DNA of 62,472 nucleotides, the filler included, from Globobulimina sp. (lineage: Eukaryota): the NCBI GenBank assembly GCA_003354225.1. It is 38 parts of 38 records of this genome, joined end to end, with 100 filler letters (N's around TTAATTAATTAA, not from the genome) between each part and the next. Parts side by side here need not be neighbours in the genome. Positions count along the whole stretch, not along the records: positions 47,763 to 49,308 come from PIVH01015006.1; positions 49,409 to 50,954 come from PIVH01015007.1; positions 51,055 to 52,600 come from PIVH01015008.1; positions 52,701 to 54,246 come from PIVH01015009.1; positions 54,347 to 55,892 come from PIVH01015010.1; positions 55,993 to 57,537 come from PIVH01015011.1; positions 57,638 to 59,182 come from PIVH01015012.1; positions 59,283 to 60,827 come from PIVH01015013.1; 30 more parts are not named here. One strand, given 5' to 3'. The notes under the pieces are model-generated. The model was not told the DNA's origin. It saw nothing but the letters and a program-made list of their open reading frames with translations, and ran no database searches. Shown here one piece after another: positions 47,950 through 60,827 of the stretch. The stretch's first letter is position 1, and every line of letters starts with the position of its first letter. A program made the position numbers and the translations under genes.

Positions 47950-49308
47950 TTATAAAAAATAGAAACAGCACATAATAATACTCAAAAAACAGCAGATGCC
48001 GATACAAATATATACTCTGCGATTTATAGCTTTTTTATTGCTTTGAATATCTTCAGATTTATTAATTGATCTCCATTTTGGTGTACCACGCTTTTTATTT
48101 TGATAAAATAGATTTACACATTCACTGTACTTCGAAAACTGATTACATTCCATTAACAATTTACTATCCATTAAATCCTGAATCCATTTTGGCGGATTAT
48201 TCGCATTTTGTTGCGACAATTTAATTTCTAAAACACACATTGGATAATCTGACATCTCATCATCTGAAATATCAGCAAACCGAGTAAACCATTGTGAATT
48301 TAACAAATTATCCTTTTCTTTGATAAATTTCAAATTCAAATCTAATGAGATTACCAATGAATCACTGCTTGCGAACTGAAACACAATTCGTTTAAAAACA
48401 GTCCGTGTTTTGGGTTTTAAATTTAGTGTTTTTATCATTTCAAAAACTTCAGTTTGTAGCTGTACATTGCCGGTACCATCATTCCCATCATTAATAAACG
48501 AAATTATTTCAGCATTTTTCATGCAAAAACGTTCAGTTTCTGCTACTTTATCACATTCAGCATGTTTCCGCTCAAAATGTACAGTTTCTGCAGGTTGAGG
48601 GTCGTTATTTCCATACCACCGAATACGAAGACATTTGCCCGTTTCATAACATTCAAAATCATCATTATCAAAATAAACAGAGCTAATTTTGTCATAAACG
48701 GACTCATTTTCTTCCTTTTTTTCATCAATATAAATAGGAACACGCTGCGTAATCATACCAATCACCTCAAATATGTCACTGTTATGCACCCAATATTTAA
48801 TATTTTGTGCCACATTTTTGTGTGGGTTGCTGTTGTTTATTTTATTTATTTGTTCATCATCAATTTCATCATACAAAGAGGGCATTTGTTTAATTGCAGG
48901 AAATAAGATATTCTGCGGCGCATATTTTAATTTAGAGTCCCAAACTGTTTCTAATTTATTTGCCGGTGATATAGCATCATGTTTCAATATTAAATGATTG
49001 AAATTCTGCTGGTTGCTCCACACAAATTCATTGAATTTTAATATTTTTAACATTACTTGTTTCGAAACAGGCTCTGTCAATATTTTTGTTGCCGTTTCTT
49101 GTGCAAATTTTTCATATTTTCTCCATTCTTTGTCCAGTGCTTTGATGAATTCATTTTGGAATTTCGGCTTTTTTTCTCGTATACGCAGTAAAACGCGCAA
49201 TTCGTAAAAATTGATATATCCCGCACTGTATTCGTCGTGTTCCACATTTTCAAGCTGGTCAAAATATTTTTTTATGGCCAGAGTGTCCACACTGTCTTGC
49301 TTTTTATG
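47950..49308 (-). CDS. SPX-like + VTC polyphosphate-polymerase domain protein (Vtc4/Vtc2-like), 5' partial
   Basis: KYWVH, ISSVYFDN, LRIRWYG, FERK, ERF, ISLDLNL, VLEIKL, PKWI, FSKY; degenerate SPX upstream; one C-terminal TM. Confidence 0.9.
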   Translation of the reverse strand, partial: HKKQDSVDTLAIKKYFDQLENVEHDEYSAGYINFYELRVLLRIREKKPKFQNEFIKALDKEWRKYEKFAQETATKILTEPVSKQVMLKILKFNEFVWSNQQNFNHLILKHDAISPANKLETVWDSKLKYAPQNILFPAIKQMPSLYDEIDDEQINKINNSNPHKNVAQNIKYWVHNSDIFEVIGMITQRVPIYIDEKKEENESVYDKISSVYFDNDDFECYETGKCLRIRWYGNNDPQPAETVHFERKHAECDKVAETERFCMKNAEIISFINDGNDGTGNVQLQTEVFEMIKTLNLKPKTRTVFKRIVFQFASSDSLVISLDLNLKFIKEKDNLLNSQWFTRFADISDDEMSDYPMCVLEIKLSQQNANNPPKWIQDLMDSKLLMECNQFSKYSECVNLFYQNKKRGTPKWRSINKSEDIQSNKKAINRRVYICIGICCFLSIIMCCFYFL

Positions 49309-49563
49309 NNNNNNNNNNNNNNNNNNNNNNNNNNNNNNNNNNNNNNNNNNNNTTAATTAATTAANNNNNNNNNNNNNNNNNNNNNNNNNNNNNNNNNNNN
49401 NNNNNNNNCTGGTGGTACAAACCATGGACTCTCTCTCCAAAACTCAAACAAAATGCTGGTTATAATTTATAAAATATATTAAACTACACCTCCTTGCACA
49501 TGTATGTACACAAGTTATAATTATTAAACATTTAACCTTTTAGATAAAAACTGAGTGAAAACC

Positions 49564-50520
49564 ATGGCAGATTTAACAGCCAAAGCCGTATTAAAGGCAG
49601 GGAATACAGCTGTTATAACAGGCGCTAGTTCAGGTATCGGCCGCGCCGCAGCCGTATATTGTTCATCAGTCGGGATGAATGTATGGTTGGTTGATATCGA
49701 TGAAAAGGAATTAAAACAAGCCAAAGAATTAGTTTTATCCAAGTGCGCCTCGAAAGATCAAAGCATCGAAACCCGTACAGTGGATGTATCCAATATTGAG
49801 CAAGTTGAAAAATTAAGCATCGACGTCTTTGCTAATGGCAAATGTCATTTTTTAATGAATAACGCAGGTATTGGTGCAGGTGGCGGTGCGTTGACAGATA
49901 TCAAAACATTTACACGCGTAATGAATGTGAATGCCTATGGTCCAATCCATGGCTGTTTAGCATTTATACCGAAAATGAAGGCGTCGAATGAATGTGGCAT
50001 TATTGTGAATACCGGCTCTAAACAAGGCATTACAATGCCTCCTGGCAACTTAACTTATAATGTAAGCAAAGCCGCATTGAAAGCATATACGGAAGGATTG
50101 GAATTCGAATTAGGCAAAGAACGGCGTGAACAGAATGGCAAATTAAAAGCGGCGCTGCTTGTACCTGGTTGGACCAATACGTCGATAATGTTAAAGAATG
50201 AGCGCGCAAAATTCAAGGCGGAGGAAAAGAATGAGGAGCAAAAATTTGATGCAAATTCTGTGTTTTTCCATGAGGAGAAGCCTGCCAAAGGGGCTTGGAT
50301 GCCGTCACAAGTGGTCGAGTACATGATTGAGTATTTGAATGAGCAGAAATTTTATATTATATGTCCGGATAATGAGGTGGATAAAGAACTGGATAACTTC
50401 CGTATGACCTGGACAATGCAAGATATTACGCAAGATAGACAACCTTTGTCACGTTGGCATCCTATGTATAAAGACAAATTCACTGAATTTGTTGATAAAA
50501 ATAAAAAAGTGCAAAAATAA
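49564..50520 (+). CDS. Short-chain dehydrogenase/reductase
   Basis: TGASSGIG, NNAG and the catalytic YNVSK; complete ORF. Confidence 0.95.
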   Translation: MADLTAKAVLKAGNTAVITGASSGIGRAAAVYCSSVGMNVWLVDIDEKELKQAKELVLSKCASKDQSIETRTVDVSNIEQVEKLSIDVFANGKCHFLMNNAGIGAGGGALTDIKTFTRVMNVNAYGPIHGCLAFIPKMKASNECGIIVNTGSKQGITMPPGNLTYNVSKAALKAYTEGLEFELGKERREQNGKLKAALLVPGWTNTSIMLKNERAKFKAEEKNEEQKFDANSVFFHEEKPAKGAWMPSQVVEYMIEYLNEQKFYIICPDNEVDKELDNFRMTWTMQDITQDRQPLSRWHPMYKDKFTEFVDKNKKVQK

Positions 50521-50521
50521 A

Positions 50522-50755
50522 CAACTATTTAGCCTACACAAGTTAATTAGTCATTATGTGACTATTTAGTGACTATTTGTGACTTTTTAGTGACAAAAAC
50601 GAAAATGAGCAACTATTTAGTAACTATTTCAATACAAAAACGAAAATATGCAACTACAAAAACGGAAAATGGTGACTATTTAGGCGACTATTTAGGAAAC
50701 CTAGGCAACTATTTAGGCGACTATTTAACTTGTGTAGGCTCCAACTATTTCTAGT
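50522..50755. repeat. Degenerate minisatellite built on RACTATTT(A/G/C)
   Basis: About ten copies of the motif (e.g. GGCGACTATTTA, GGCAACTATTTA). Confidence 0.7.
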
Positions 50756-51128
50756 CATGATTTTGTATAATAGTATTATAATATAATTTTATTTCGTCGA
50801 TCCCAAAAACTTTTTTAAGTGAAGTAAAACTTTAATTCCTCTTCAAAAGTCTCTGATTCTTGAATACTTTCCATCCTTTTTTATATCCGTGGTGTCAAAA
50901 GGGTATATATCCATTGTTTAAATAATGACAATAATCATGTATACAAACCAAACTNNNNNNNNNNNNNNNNNNNNNNNNNNNNNNNNNNNNNNNNNNNNTT
51001 AATTAATTAANNNNNNNNNNNNNNNNNNNNNNNNNNNNNNNNNNNNNNNNNNNNTTTGAATTTTCTTTTAACTTTTTTTTTTTAAAACTTCAGTCAAAAC
51101 CTGAATTTTCTGGATTATTCAATCAACC

Positions 51129-52600
51129 ATGAAACAATCATTAATCAATCACTGCAAAACAATCGCACATAACTATCAAAAATGTGATCCATATTTGCTT
51201 GTATCATCACGTGGAATGATGAATAAATCAAAATATTTTGGAAATGACATTTTGGGGCATTCACTGACCAAAAAAGAGGCATACTTAAGTAAAAAAAAGC
51301 AAATGACAGAATTATGCACTGAATGGAATCCAACATTTCATGGTAAATTTACCAAAAAAATGGATTTATGTCAATCCGGAGATGATATTATAAAAACATT
51401 AACAAACATTGAAAACGAAATGGATGCAATTCCAGACACCATACAATATGTAAACGCCATTCGAAAAGCAGCATCGTTAAGAGAGTACAACACATGTTTC
51501 AAAATATTTGCCATTGCAAAAGAATCACAAAGAATTAACGTAACATTGTATGCTGTGATGATTTGGGTTTGTGCTCAACAAAGAACTGTTTTATCGCTAA
51601 ACATCGGACTCGAATTATTTGTTGAAATGCAATCCGTTTATTCCCTAACACCTTCCATTGAAATTTACAACCAATTATTAGCTCTTTGCGTGAAGACATT
51701 GGAATATAATAAAGGCAAATACGTTTGGAAAGATCTAAAAAATAAACGCAAAGACTTTCAGTACTCACAGCCAGATATATCAACCTATAATATTATGATG
51801 GATTTGTTTTGTAAATGTGGGGAAATGCATAAAGCAGTGGATATTTATGAAGGTTTATTAAATGGGAAATATGCAGATTTAAAACCAAATTATGTTATTT
51901 ATACCACATTGATCCAAGCATTTAGTAAACACAAATTGATAGAAACAGTACAAAAGTTGTTTGATAAATGTATGCAAACTTGTTATGTGAACACAAAACA
52001 ACATAATGAGGAACATTGCAAACAATTACTGATTCTAACGCAATGTTTATTGGATGCTTATGCAAATATTGGTAATGTCGATAAGTGTGTGGATATTATT
52101 ACAAATATGATGGAAAAACAACATGCTACGTATGATTGGACGCATTTCGCCAATCCAAATGTGCAAATGTTTACATGCGTTTTAAAAGCATTGACAAGAT
52201 ACAAAATGAAACAGAATGACCAGATTGTGAATGAAATTCACATTAATTATGAAACATGTTGGACGATTATTGAATGGTGTTTGCAATGTATGGATATGTT
52301 AGGAATTAAAAAGGATGCAATTGTTTATGGCAACTTGTTTCATTTAAGTGGGGATTTATATGGCAATGCTGATTTGGATCTGGCTCTAAAATATTATCAA
52401 GAAATGAAAGAAAATAATATTAAGCCTGGCGAGTTGCAAATGTTTAATTTGTTGAAGACTGGAAAGCAATATCATCATCACAAGAAAACCAGCAATTTGG
52501 AAAGAAAGGAATTTGTGAAATATATATTAAACGAGTTGCAGGAACAAAATGTTGTTCCCAGTACACAAATAAGAAAATTGGTGAAAAAAATAATGGGAAC
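51129..52600 (+). CDS. Pentatricopeptide-repeat (PPR) protein, 3' partial
   Basis: PSIEIYNQLLALC, PDISTYNIMMDLFCKCGEMHKAVDIY, PNYVIYTTLIQAFSK, LALKYYQEMKENNIKP. Confidence 0.9.
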
Positions 52601-53029
52601 NNNNNNNNNNNNNNNNNNNNNNNNNNNNNNNNNNNNNNNNNNNNTTAATTAATTAANNNNNNNNNNNNNNNNNNNNNNNNNNNNNNNNNNNNNNNNNNNN
52701 GAGACTGCATGTAACGAATCACCAATCCCTACATTCCCAAATATTGAAATGAATATTGAATAGAAAGAGGAAGAAAATACACTACAAACCCCACACTATG
52801 ATCCAAACTATGTACCATCAACACAACCCATTATAAACGAATTATATGCACTGGAACACAGCGACCAGGATTATGACAGTGATAATGATGTAATTATAAA
52901 TATGCCATCCCAAACACCGCACAGTCCGCCAATTCGCACTCACTCCGTCGAAATTAATGAAAAAAAGGAAACTGAGAATGTCCCGAACGGCCAAAATAAT
53001 CCAGTTATAAACAGAAAAGCCAAATGCCA

Positions 53030-53738
53030 TTCCGTTGAATTAGCACTTTCCTATGCTAACCAAAACAGTGCCCCGGGATATGATGGAATAAAATCTGTCC
53101 ACCTTAAAACCAACGGACATTCCATAAATGAGCTATTATGTACAATGTTCAATGTTTGGAATAAATCATTCTTCATACCATATTATTGGAGACTAGGCAC
53201 TGTGGTCCCAATACTAAAAACAAAAGATGGCAATACGCCGAACCAATACAGACCCATCACATTGCTACCGATTATATTCAAAGCCTATGAAAGATTGATC
53301 CTTTGGGAAATGAGCATAAAACATAAATTTAGAAAAAAATTACATACATTGCAAGGCGGTAATAGACACAAGAGAGGAGTGCCAGAGCAGATTGGCTGTA
53401 TCAATTTGATTGCTGAAACTGCCAAAATGCGAGAAATCCCCCTTTACTGTGCTCTCCTTGATATCCGTAAAGCGTTCGACACAGTGTGGAGAAAAGGACT
53501 CCTCTTCAAACTAAATAACCAATTTAAAATACCACTAAATCTCTGCAAAATAATTAAGGCGATCTATGACAACTCGCAGTCTGCCATCAGAGATCTACCT
53601 TTCATAACCAACAAATTCATACTCCATAATGGTGTCTTGCAAGGATCGGTACTTTCCCCCGTCCTCTACGCAGCCTCACCGGACCCCAATGAACCAATTG
53701 CATGCACCCTCTATGCCGATGACATAATACTTAAATAA
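53030..53738 (+). mobile_element. Non-LTR (LINE) reverse transcriptase, decayed fragment
   Basis: SAPGYDGI, YRPITLL, LLDIRKAFDTVWR, GVLQGSVLSP, LYADD; shortened spacing before YADD and a stop right after it. Confidence 0.92.
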
Positions 53739-54480
53739 GCTCTTAAAAATCTGTCAGAACCACAGCAATCATTGGCAATATCGCTTCAACAACAAAAAAT
53801 CTAAAACGATAATTTACAACGACAATACCCTGAATAACAATAACATAAACACTTACAATATAAATGATATACTGTAATAGTGTGAATTAGAAAAATCATT
53901 ATTTTTTCAGTGAAAAACATACTTTTCATCGAAAATCACAGTTTGCATTGAAATGGCACTAGTTTTACACACTTTTCATAGTCTGTGAATTTCATTGAAA
54001 AACATGCATTGAAATGACACTGGTTTGCATCAAAATTACACCATTTTCGTATTCTATGAATTTCATTGAAAAACGGCGAAATCCACATTAAAACGGCCGA
54101 TATCAATACATTAATACGGTCAGAATCGATTCATAAATACCGCCAATATCGATCAATTAAAACGGACATATTAATACCGCCAAATTCCATATATTAATAC
54201 GCCAAAATCCATAATAATACGGCCAAATTATATATTTTAAAACAGCNNNNNNNNNNNNNNNNNNNNNNNNNNNNNNNNNNNNNNNNNNNNTTAATTAATT
54301 AANNNNNNNNNNNNNNNNNNNNNNNNNNNNNNNNNNNNNNNNNNNNTAATCCACTCTGCTGGCAAGCAATCCTCTTAGACATAAGTAGACTTTAAATGTA
54401 ACGGTCTCAAAAAAAACTTAGTTGGCCATAGTCTAATTAAAAAAACCCGTTTAACAACGATAAAGTTTCCTAATTTCCTA

Positions 54481-55751
54481 ATGAAGTGCTTTGTAACAAC
54501 GATAAAGCGTCAGGTGATATACTCATCGTCTCCAAAGTTTTAATTAAACAAACCTCACAAACGTATTTGATATGTTGACAGAAATTGACCAAGATTTTAT
54601 TGGTTAATATAGCAGCATTTATATTGATGACAATAATATGTCTGCACTGGCAATTCCAGGATGAATATAACAATGAAAGTGATAATATGCATCCTCTAGT
54701 AATTGAAAATAAAAGCAGTTCATCGATGAGCAATGCAAATTGTTCAACACTATGGAGAAAACAATATCAAATTCCAATGGATAATGAAGAACTCAAGGAA
54801 AGAGTGTTGAAATATTTAGGAGTGTTTACAGCATCATATCATGGTCAGTCCGGTTACTACATATATAAATTCAACAAAGTGCCCAAAGGAACATTCACAT
54901 ATTGGTTATCTCACATTGCATCACAACATAGAATAGCAGATAAAGCTTACTTTGCAGATAAATACCTTATGAAAGAATATATTAGTGACTATACCAAAGA
55001 ATTTCCAGCATTTAATAAAATTAAACACGCTCAAATTCTCTATGATTTTGTGGGTGGCGAACAACTCTCTTTTGATGAATTGATTGATTTAAAAGAGAAA
55101 TACAAGGCATTTTTGGTGAAACCCAACCATTTTTCTGGAAAACAAATAATTGTGAAGGCCAACGATACCGTTACTTACAAGCGATATAAAGAGATTATGC
55201 GACAGTCACATAACTGGTTACAGCGTAAATATAAAAAGAAAAGCAATGGAATTAACAGAGAGAGTTGGTATGAATTAATAGAACCACATAGATTCATTGA
55301 AGAAAATATTAATATTGATCCTCAAAAATATCCTTTAACGGAGTATAAAATAAATGTGTTGAATTACAAAGCGTTATTTGTATATGTTCATAATGTGATC
55401 CTGATCCATTTGCATCTTTTTATTTTGCCAGAATTTGAGTTATTGGATGTAAGTTGGTGCGCGGAGCGAAGCAATAAAAGCATAGCGGATCAATTAGTTC
55501 CAATTCCATCAAAAGCAAATTTGCGTTTAATGATTGATTTTGCGGAACACTTTGCCGTCAGAGAAAAATGGAAATATGTACGGGTTGATTTGTATGAAAT
55601 AAATAACACAATTTATTTTTCAGAGTTTACATTCATGCCAATTGCTGGCACTGCAATAATGAGACCTATATCTTTTGATTATTTGTTGTATGATATATTA
55701 TGTGAGGATAAGCAAACAGATTATGATGAAATATATGAATATGTATTGTAG
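54481..55751 (+). CDS. TupA-like ATP-grasp protein with type II membrane anchor; intron 54514-54581
   Basis: ADKYLMKEYI, FLVKPNHFSG, ESWYELIEPHRFIEE, EYKI, YVRVDLY, IYFSEFTFMP. Exon MKCFVTTIKRQ splices CAG|GTGATA..TGACAG|AAA in frame to the TM segment. Confidence 0.85.
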
Positions 55752-55992
55752 AGCTAATTAAATTTTCTATTTCTATTTATTACATTTTCAGTTTTTATAA
55801 CAACAAGTTGTACGAAATTTCATATACAATTCTAAATATAACTTTTTTGTTTGAAAAAAGTTATTTTTTTTGTCATCCATAAAAGGCAGTGANNNNNNNN
55901 NNNNNNNNNNNNNNNNNNNNNNNNNNNNNNNNNNNNTTAATTAATTAANNNNNNNNNNNNNNNNNNNNNNNNNNNNNNNNNNNNNNNNNNNN

Positions 55993-57537
55993 GCATAAAT
56001 TAATGATGAAATTTGGGCAACAGCGAAATTATTCAGCTCAAGAGGTAATGTTCCATAATTTAAGTATACCGTTAGTGGAACATCCAAATCTTGTGTTTCA
56101 AGATATAAACTTATATCCTTCGTTTACGTGTTATGTTGATAGAAAAACAAAAACCTGGAAAACACCAAAAAGTATTGTGGATGTATACGCAGAAAGATTA
56201 AAATATAAAAATAAAGTGGAGTTTAAAGGTATAAACTGGGATAAAATGAACTTAGACACCTTTGTCAGGACATTCAAAGTAACTAAATTATCAACTGAAG
56301 AACCAGTTTTAACAAAACGAAAAAAAAGTAATAAAAACGATTCAAAAACAAAATATCATATAATTAATTGGATTCCCGAAATTAAAGTTCAAAAAGGGAA
56401 AAATATTACAAAATGGTATGAATGTGAATTATTAAAATATCATTGCTGGAGTGATCAACCTAGCACTGTTTTACCGGATGATATTCGCTCTTTAGCAGGA
56501 GACGCCAGAGACATTGCAGTTAAAGAATATTATCAAACATTTATTGAAAAACATAAAGATATTTTAGATGTAAATGTTGTTAATGCAGAGAAATTGTTAG
56601 AAGTTGAAATTGAAGAAGTAGAATTTATGGAAATTGAAGAATGTATTGAAGATGAAGATGGCATCTTGGAATTTTCTAAAGGAGAGCAAGGGAAAATATC
56701 AGACAATACATTATTTCCAATATTTGATGAGACTTCATTAGAATACGACTGGACTGAGCATTCAGCTAAATTTTCTCCTACAGAAATTACAGAATTACAA
56801 ACATGGCTACCGACACAAAAGAAAATACATAAAATCGAGCGAAAACAAAAAAAGATTGACATTTCTAAATATAAATTAAAGCAAAAAATAGCGTATAAAA
56901 TGGTTGAAAATCATTTTGTTGATCAAAATAAAAATAAAAAACAATTATTAGCAATTTTCACTGGAACAGCTGGTACAGGTAAATCACATGTTATTCATGG
57001 CTTAACTCAGTTGTTAGGATCAAAATGTAAAAAATTAGCACCCACTGGAAACACAGCATTTAATATCGGTGGTGACACTGCTTCCTCGCAATTATATCTC
57101 CCGATAATGGGAAAGAAAAAAGGTGCAATACCTGATACTTTATTATCTTCGTATCAAGAAAGGTGGTCACGTGTTGTAGAATATGTAATTATTGATGAAG
57201 TTGGTTTAATTGGGCAAGAAGAGTTTGGTTATATTGACAAAAGACTTCGCAATATATATCAAAGATCAACTGTTCCATTTGGCGGATTAAATATAATTTT
57301 AGTTGGTGATTTTGCCCAATTACCGGCAATTGGCGACACTGCTTTATGGAAACCATCACCATCAAATGCAAGTAATATGAAACGAATGGGTAGAAAATTA
57401 TATTTAATGTTTGAAAAGGCTGTTACTTTAACAGAAATAATTAGACAAGATTCAGATCAAGTACAATTTATTCAATTATTAAGAAACGTACGTGATGGCA
57501 AGTGTACTGAAGATGATTGGAGGTATATGCAAACAAG
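55993..57537 (+). mobile_element. Helitron/Helentron-type Rep-Hel fragment with PIF1-family helicase
   Basis: RNYSAQEV..LSIPL and LLKYHCW linker motifs; TGTAGTGKS, LAPTGNTAFNIGG, IIDEVGL, PFGGLNIILVGDFAQLP, LTEIIRQ. Confidence 0.8.
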
Positions 57538-58334
57538 NNNNNNNNNNNNNNNNNNNNNNNNNNNNNNNNNNNNNNNNNNNNTTAATTAATTAANNNNNNN
57601 NNNNNNNNNNNNNNNNNNNNNNNNNNNNNNNNNNNNNAACAGAAATTAAATCAGAAACCTGTTTTAGTTGGTGGCCATGGACAAAATGATAGTAATATTG
57701 AGGAAGTCAACAAGATTAAAAAGAAGGAAAAAGTGAGAAAGCATAAGAAGTGGAATCCAGAGTCTTTCAACCAATTGGTGCGTAATTCTGTGGGTGTTCA
57801 AAATGTTTTGATGGACGATGTTGTTCAAAATATGGAAATTGAAGGGGGTGACGCTCAAAATGTTGACAATGAAATCATTAAAAAGGAATCTGAGATTAAT
57901 GAAGGAAATCTGACTCGTTAGATATTCATTTTTTAAATTTAACAATAACTGTATCATCTGATGACTGATGATGTTGTTCAAAAACATGTACAATTCAGAT
58001 TAAGCGTCAAATAGTCTAATTGCATGCCATCAAATTTATCTATTATTCGTTTTCTCAAATTATGACATTACTTAATTTCGCACTGTACTTTATTTCGTTG
58101 ATATTTTATTTCGCAATATTTAATTTCGCAAAAAAAAGCGATCCGTAATGCAACATATTTAACTCAACCAATCAAATTATGTCTATAAAATTTATCAGAA
58201 AATTTATTGCATGATGGTATGCATCTTGCCATGTTTTTGCACATTTATATTATTTCAGGCTGAAACTACGATGATAAGATGCCATTTGCTATGGATAGCA
58301 AAACTTTGAGTAGCCAAACTAAAATTGGCTGACT

Positions 58335-59182
58335 ATGGCTAAAGTTTGTTTGTTAAATATCGTTATCTGGTGTCATTTTTTTAATGTGTTATGTTGCAAC
58401 ACCACAGACCACTACGGCATTGATTATTTGCTAAATTTCGAATCCGTTTTGCTGTGGTTTATATATGATGAACATAATGAAGAGTATACGGGACAATACA
58501 ACATTGATAAGTTCAATGGACATACTGATTTATACTATCAATACGAGGCAGACCATAAACAATGGCTATATCACATGAAACAAAATGGTTTTGTATTGCT
58601 GGCGTCATGGACACTACATCCAAATCAAACCTATTATTTACATTTATTTTACACTGCTGATCAACAACAAATGTTTTGGAAATTTGTACAGTTTGCACGC
58701 GAAAATGAAAAAAAAATTATTTATGAAATATCAACTGGCCATCGCGTGTTACCTGAACCAGCACTATCTGACTCATGGGGACTAACATTGCGTTATAAGC
58801 AAGAAGTGGATAGTAACATTGTTAACGCATTGCGCGAAGATAGAAATTGTATCCGAAAATTACAAAAACAACTTCACAACAAGTCATTGGAAGAGTTGCG
58901 TATTAATGAGGAGTTGGCTGATATTACACTGGAAAGAGATGATTTGATATTACAATTAGAACAACAAACACACTCTCAAGCTGCACCATTGGCTCATTTG
59001 GAAGTAAAAGTGTCAAACAGTTCTGTAGGTAATGCTATGTCTGACGGTAATGATAAAGAGTTATCGTCTGGTTCTGGGTCAGCGGTGCTATCATATGGTA
59101 TGGTGTCATGTGTAACTGCTTTGGTTATGTGTGGCATATTTTGCATTGTTTATTCATATCAGAAGCGGAGATGGAAGGCTTT
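58335..59182 (+). CDS. Type I membrane protein (signal peptide, coiled coil, TM), 3' partial
   Basis: N-terminal hydrophobic signal; TM VLSYGMVSCVTALVMCGIFCIVY followed by KRRWK. Confidence 0.65.
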
Positions 59183-59423
59183 NNNNNNNNNNNNNNNNNN
59201 NNNNNNNNNNNNNNNNNNNNNNNNNNTTAATTAATTAANNNNNNNNNNNNNNNNNNNNNNNNNNNNNNNNNNNNNNNNNNNNTGGATTACAGTTGGATTA
59301 CAGATGCCTTTTTTAGTCGACAAAGATGCATCGGATTTTTAATCGTGCAACAGATTCTGATTGGTCATGCACGTCATTTGAATGCACTGTGACATCACTT
59401 ATAAATATATTAATGTTGAAAAC

Positions 59424-60827
59424 ATGGAAGAAATGAATATTTCAAAGGACGAATTGCATCAAAAAATAAAGGAATATGAAGAATATATAGCTTGTAATAA
59501 TATATCACAATCCACAGAAATAGATGCAAATATAAATATAAATACAAACACAATGGATACCATATCCACAAAACAAAGAGACTCAATTGTTGATGATCTG
59601 TTGTCTGAATATAGATCGCAGCAACAACCACAACAACAACCAATAGAAGCAAACTATTTCTCTACTTTGACAAATGTATCATATGGAGCTTATATGGTGG
59701 ATGAAATGGATGAAAACAAAGACTCTGAAAATGATCAATTTGGGCATGAATCATATGGATCAGATTGGATTGACACGCTCCAAATTGCCAATAATAAAGA
59801 TTTGATATACAATAATTTGCGAGATTTAAAGAAGAAACGAAAACAAAAACACTCAATCACGCAAAATATAGACATTACGCGACCGAGTGATTATATTCAT
59901 AAATATCAAGATCATGATCATTGTCATCGAAAAAGTAGAACGAAAAGAAGGAAAAATAAAAATAAAAGTAGAGAAAGATCAAATTCATTGCCGCCAAATA
60001 AAAATAAAAAACAATCATTAGCTCAACAAATGGCTGATAAAAAAGAAGAAAATTTAACATTTAAACCCAAAATCAATAAATATTCATTTAATCGGACAAT
60101 TGACCCAAATGTACAAAAACGATTAAATGGATGGAATGTTCGAAGGAAAAGGAAATTGTCACAACAACGAAAGCAAAAAATGCAAGACGACGACTGTAAA
60201 ATAAAAGAAAACGTTACATTTCAACCGGAGGTTAAAACTACAATTAAAAAACATAAAAATAAGAATTATAATGATAATGATAGCGACGACGATATCGATT
60301 CGACGCTGCCGGTCCAAGACAGATTATATGAGAGAGAGCATCGACGCATTGAGAAGTTAGCAAAAACAAAACAAATTATTGAATCCCAGGAAATGGAGCA
60401 ATGTCCATTTAAACCGAAATTGCACAAAACAACCTTATCCAGCAAAATAAAAGAAAAATTTGAAGATCGTAAACCGATTTGGGAGAGACAGAATTTTGTG
60501 AAAAAAGAAAAAGAAAATAAACGCTTGGCAAATAAAAATAAAATAATCAAAGAAACCGAAACTAATTTGACATTTCAACCCAAAATTAACAAGAAATCGA
60601 AAGAAATGGTTGAAAATGCAAAATTGTATACATCTTATTATCCGATCAATGTTTGCGAAAGATTGCTATTACAAAATCCGAAAAATAAAAAAAGTAAAAA
60701 CAATGTAAATGAGAAAAGTAATGGCAAACCACACATTAATGCAACATCACAGAAAATATTAAAAGAATCCATTTTATTCCGAGAAGTGTCTGATAATTTT
60801 TTTAAGCGACAGGAAATTTACGAGTTA
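59424..60827 (+). CDS. Basic protein with repeated (T/P)F(K/Q)PxIN motifs, 3' partial
   Basis: LTFKPKIN, VTFQPEV, CPFKPKL, LTFQPKIN, KPHIN alternate with VQDRLYE/VCERLL. Such repeats occur in protist cytoskeletal proteins (inference). Confidence 0.65.

Noticed and set aside
52902-53738. Retron, group II intron or defence-type RT
   Set aside because: The motifs (APG.DG, YRPI.LL, D..KAFD.V, QGS.LSP) are LINE-type; no ncRNA or partner gene is visible and the copy is decayed.
53930-54246. Structured RNA downstream of the RT
   Set aside because: Only degenerate short direct repeats (GCATTGAAAT, GAATTTCATTGAAAAAC, TAATACG); no convincing inverted pairing.
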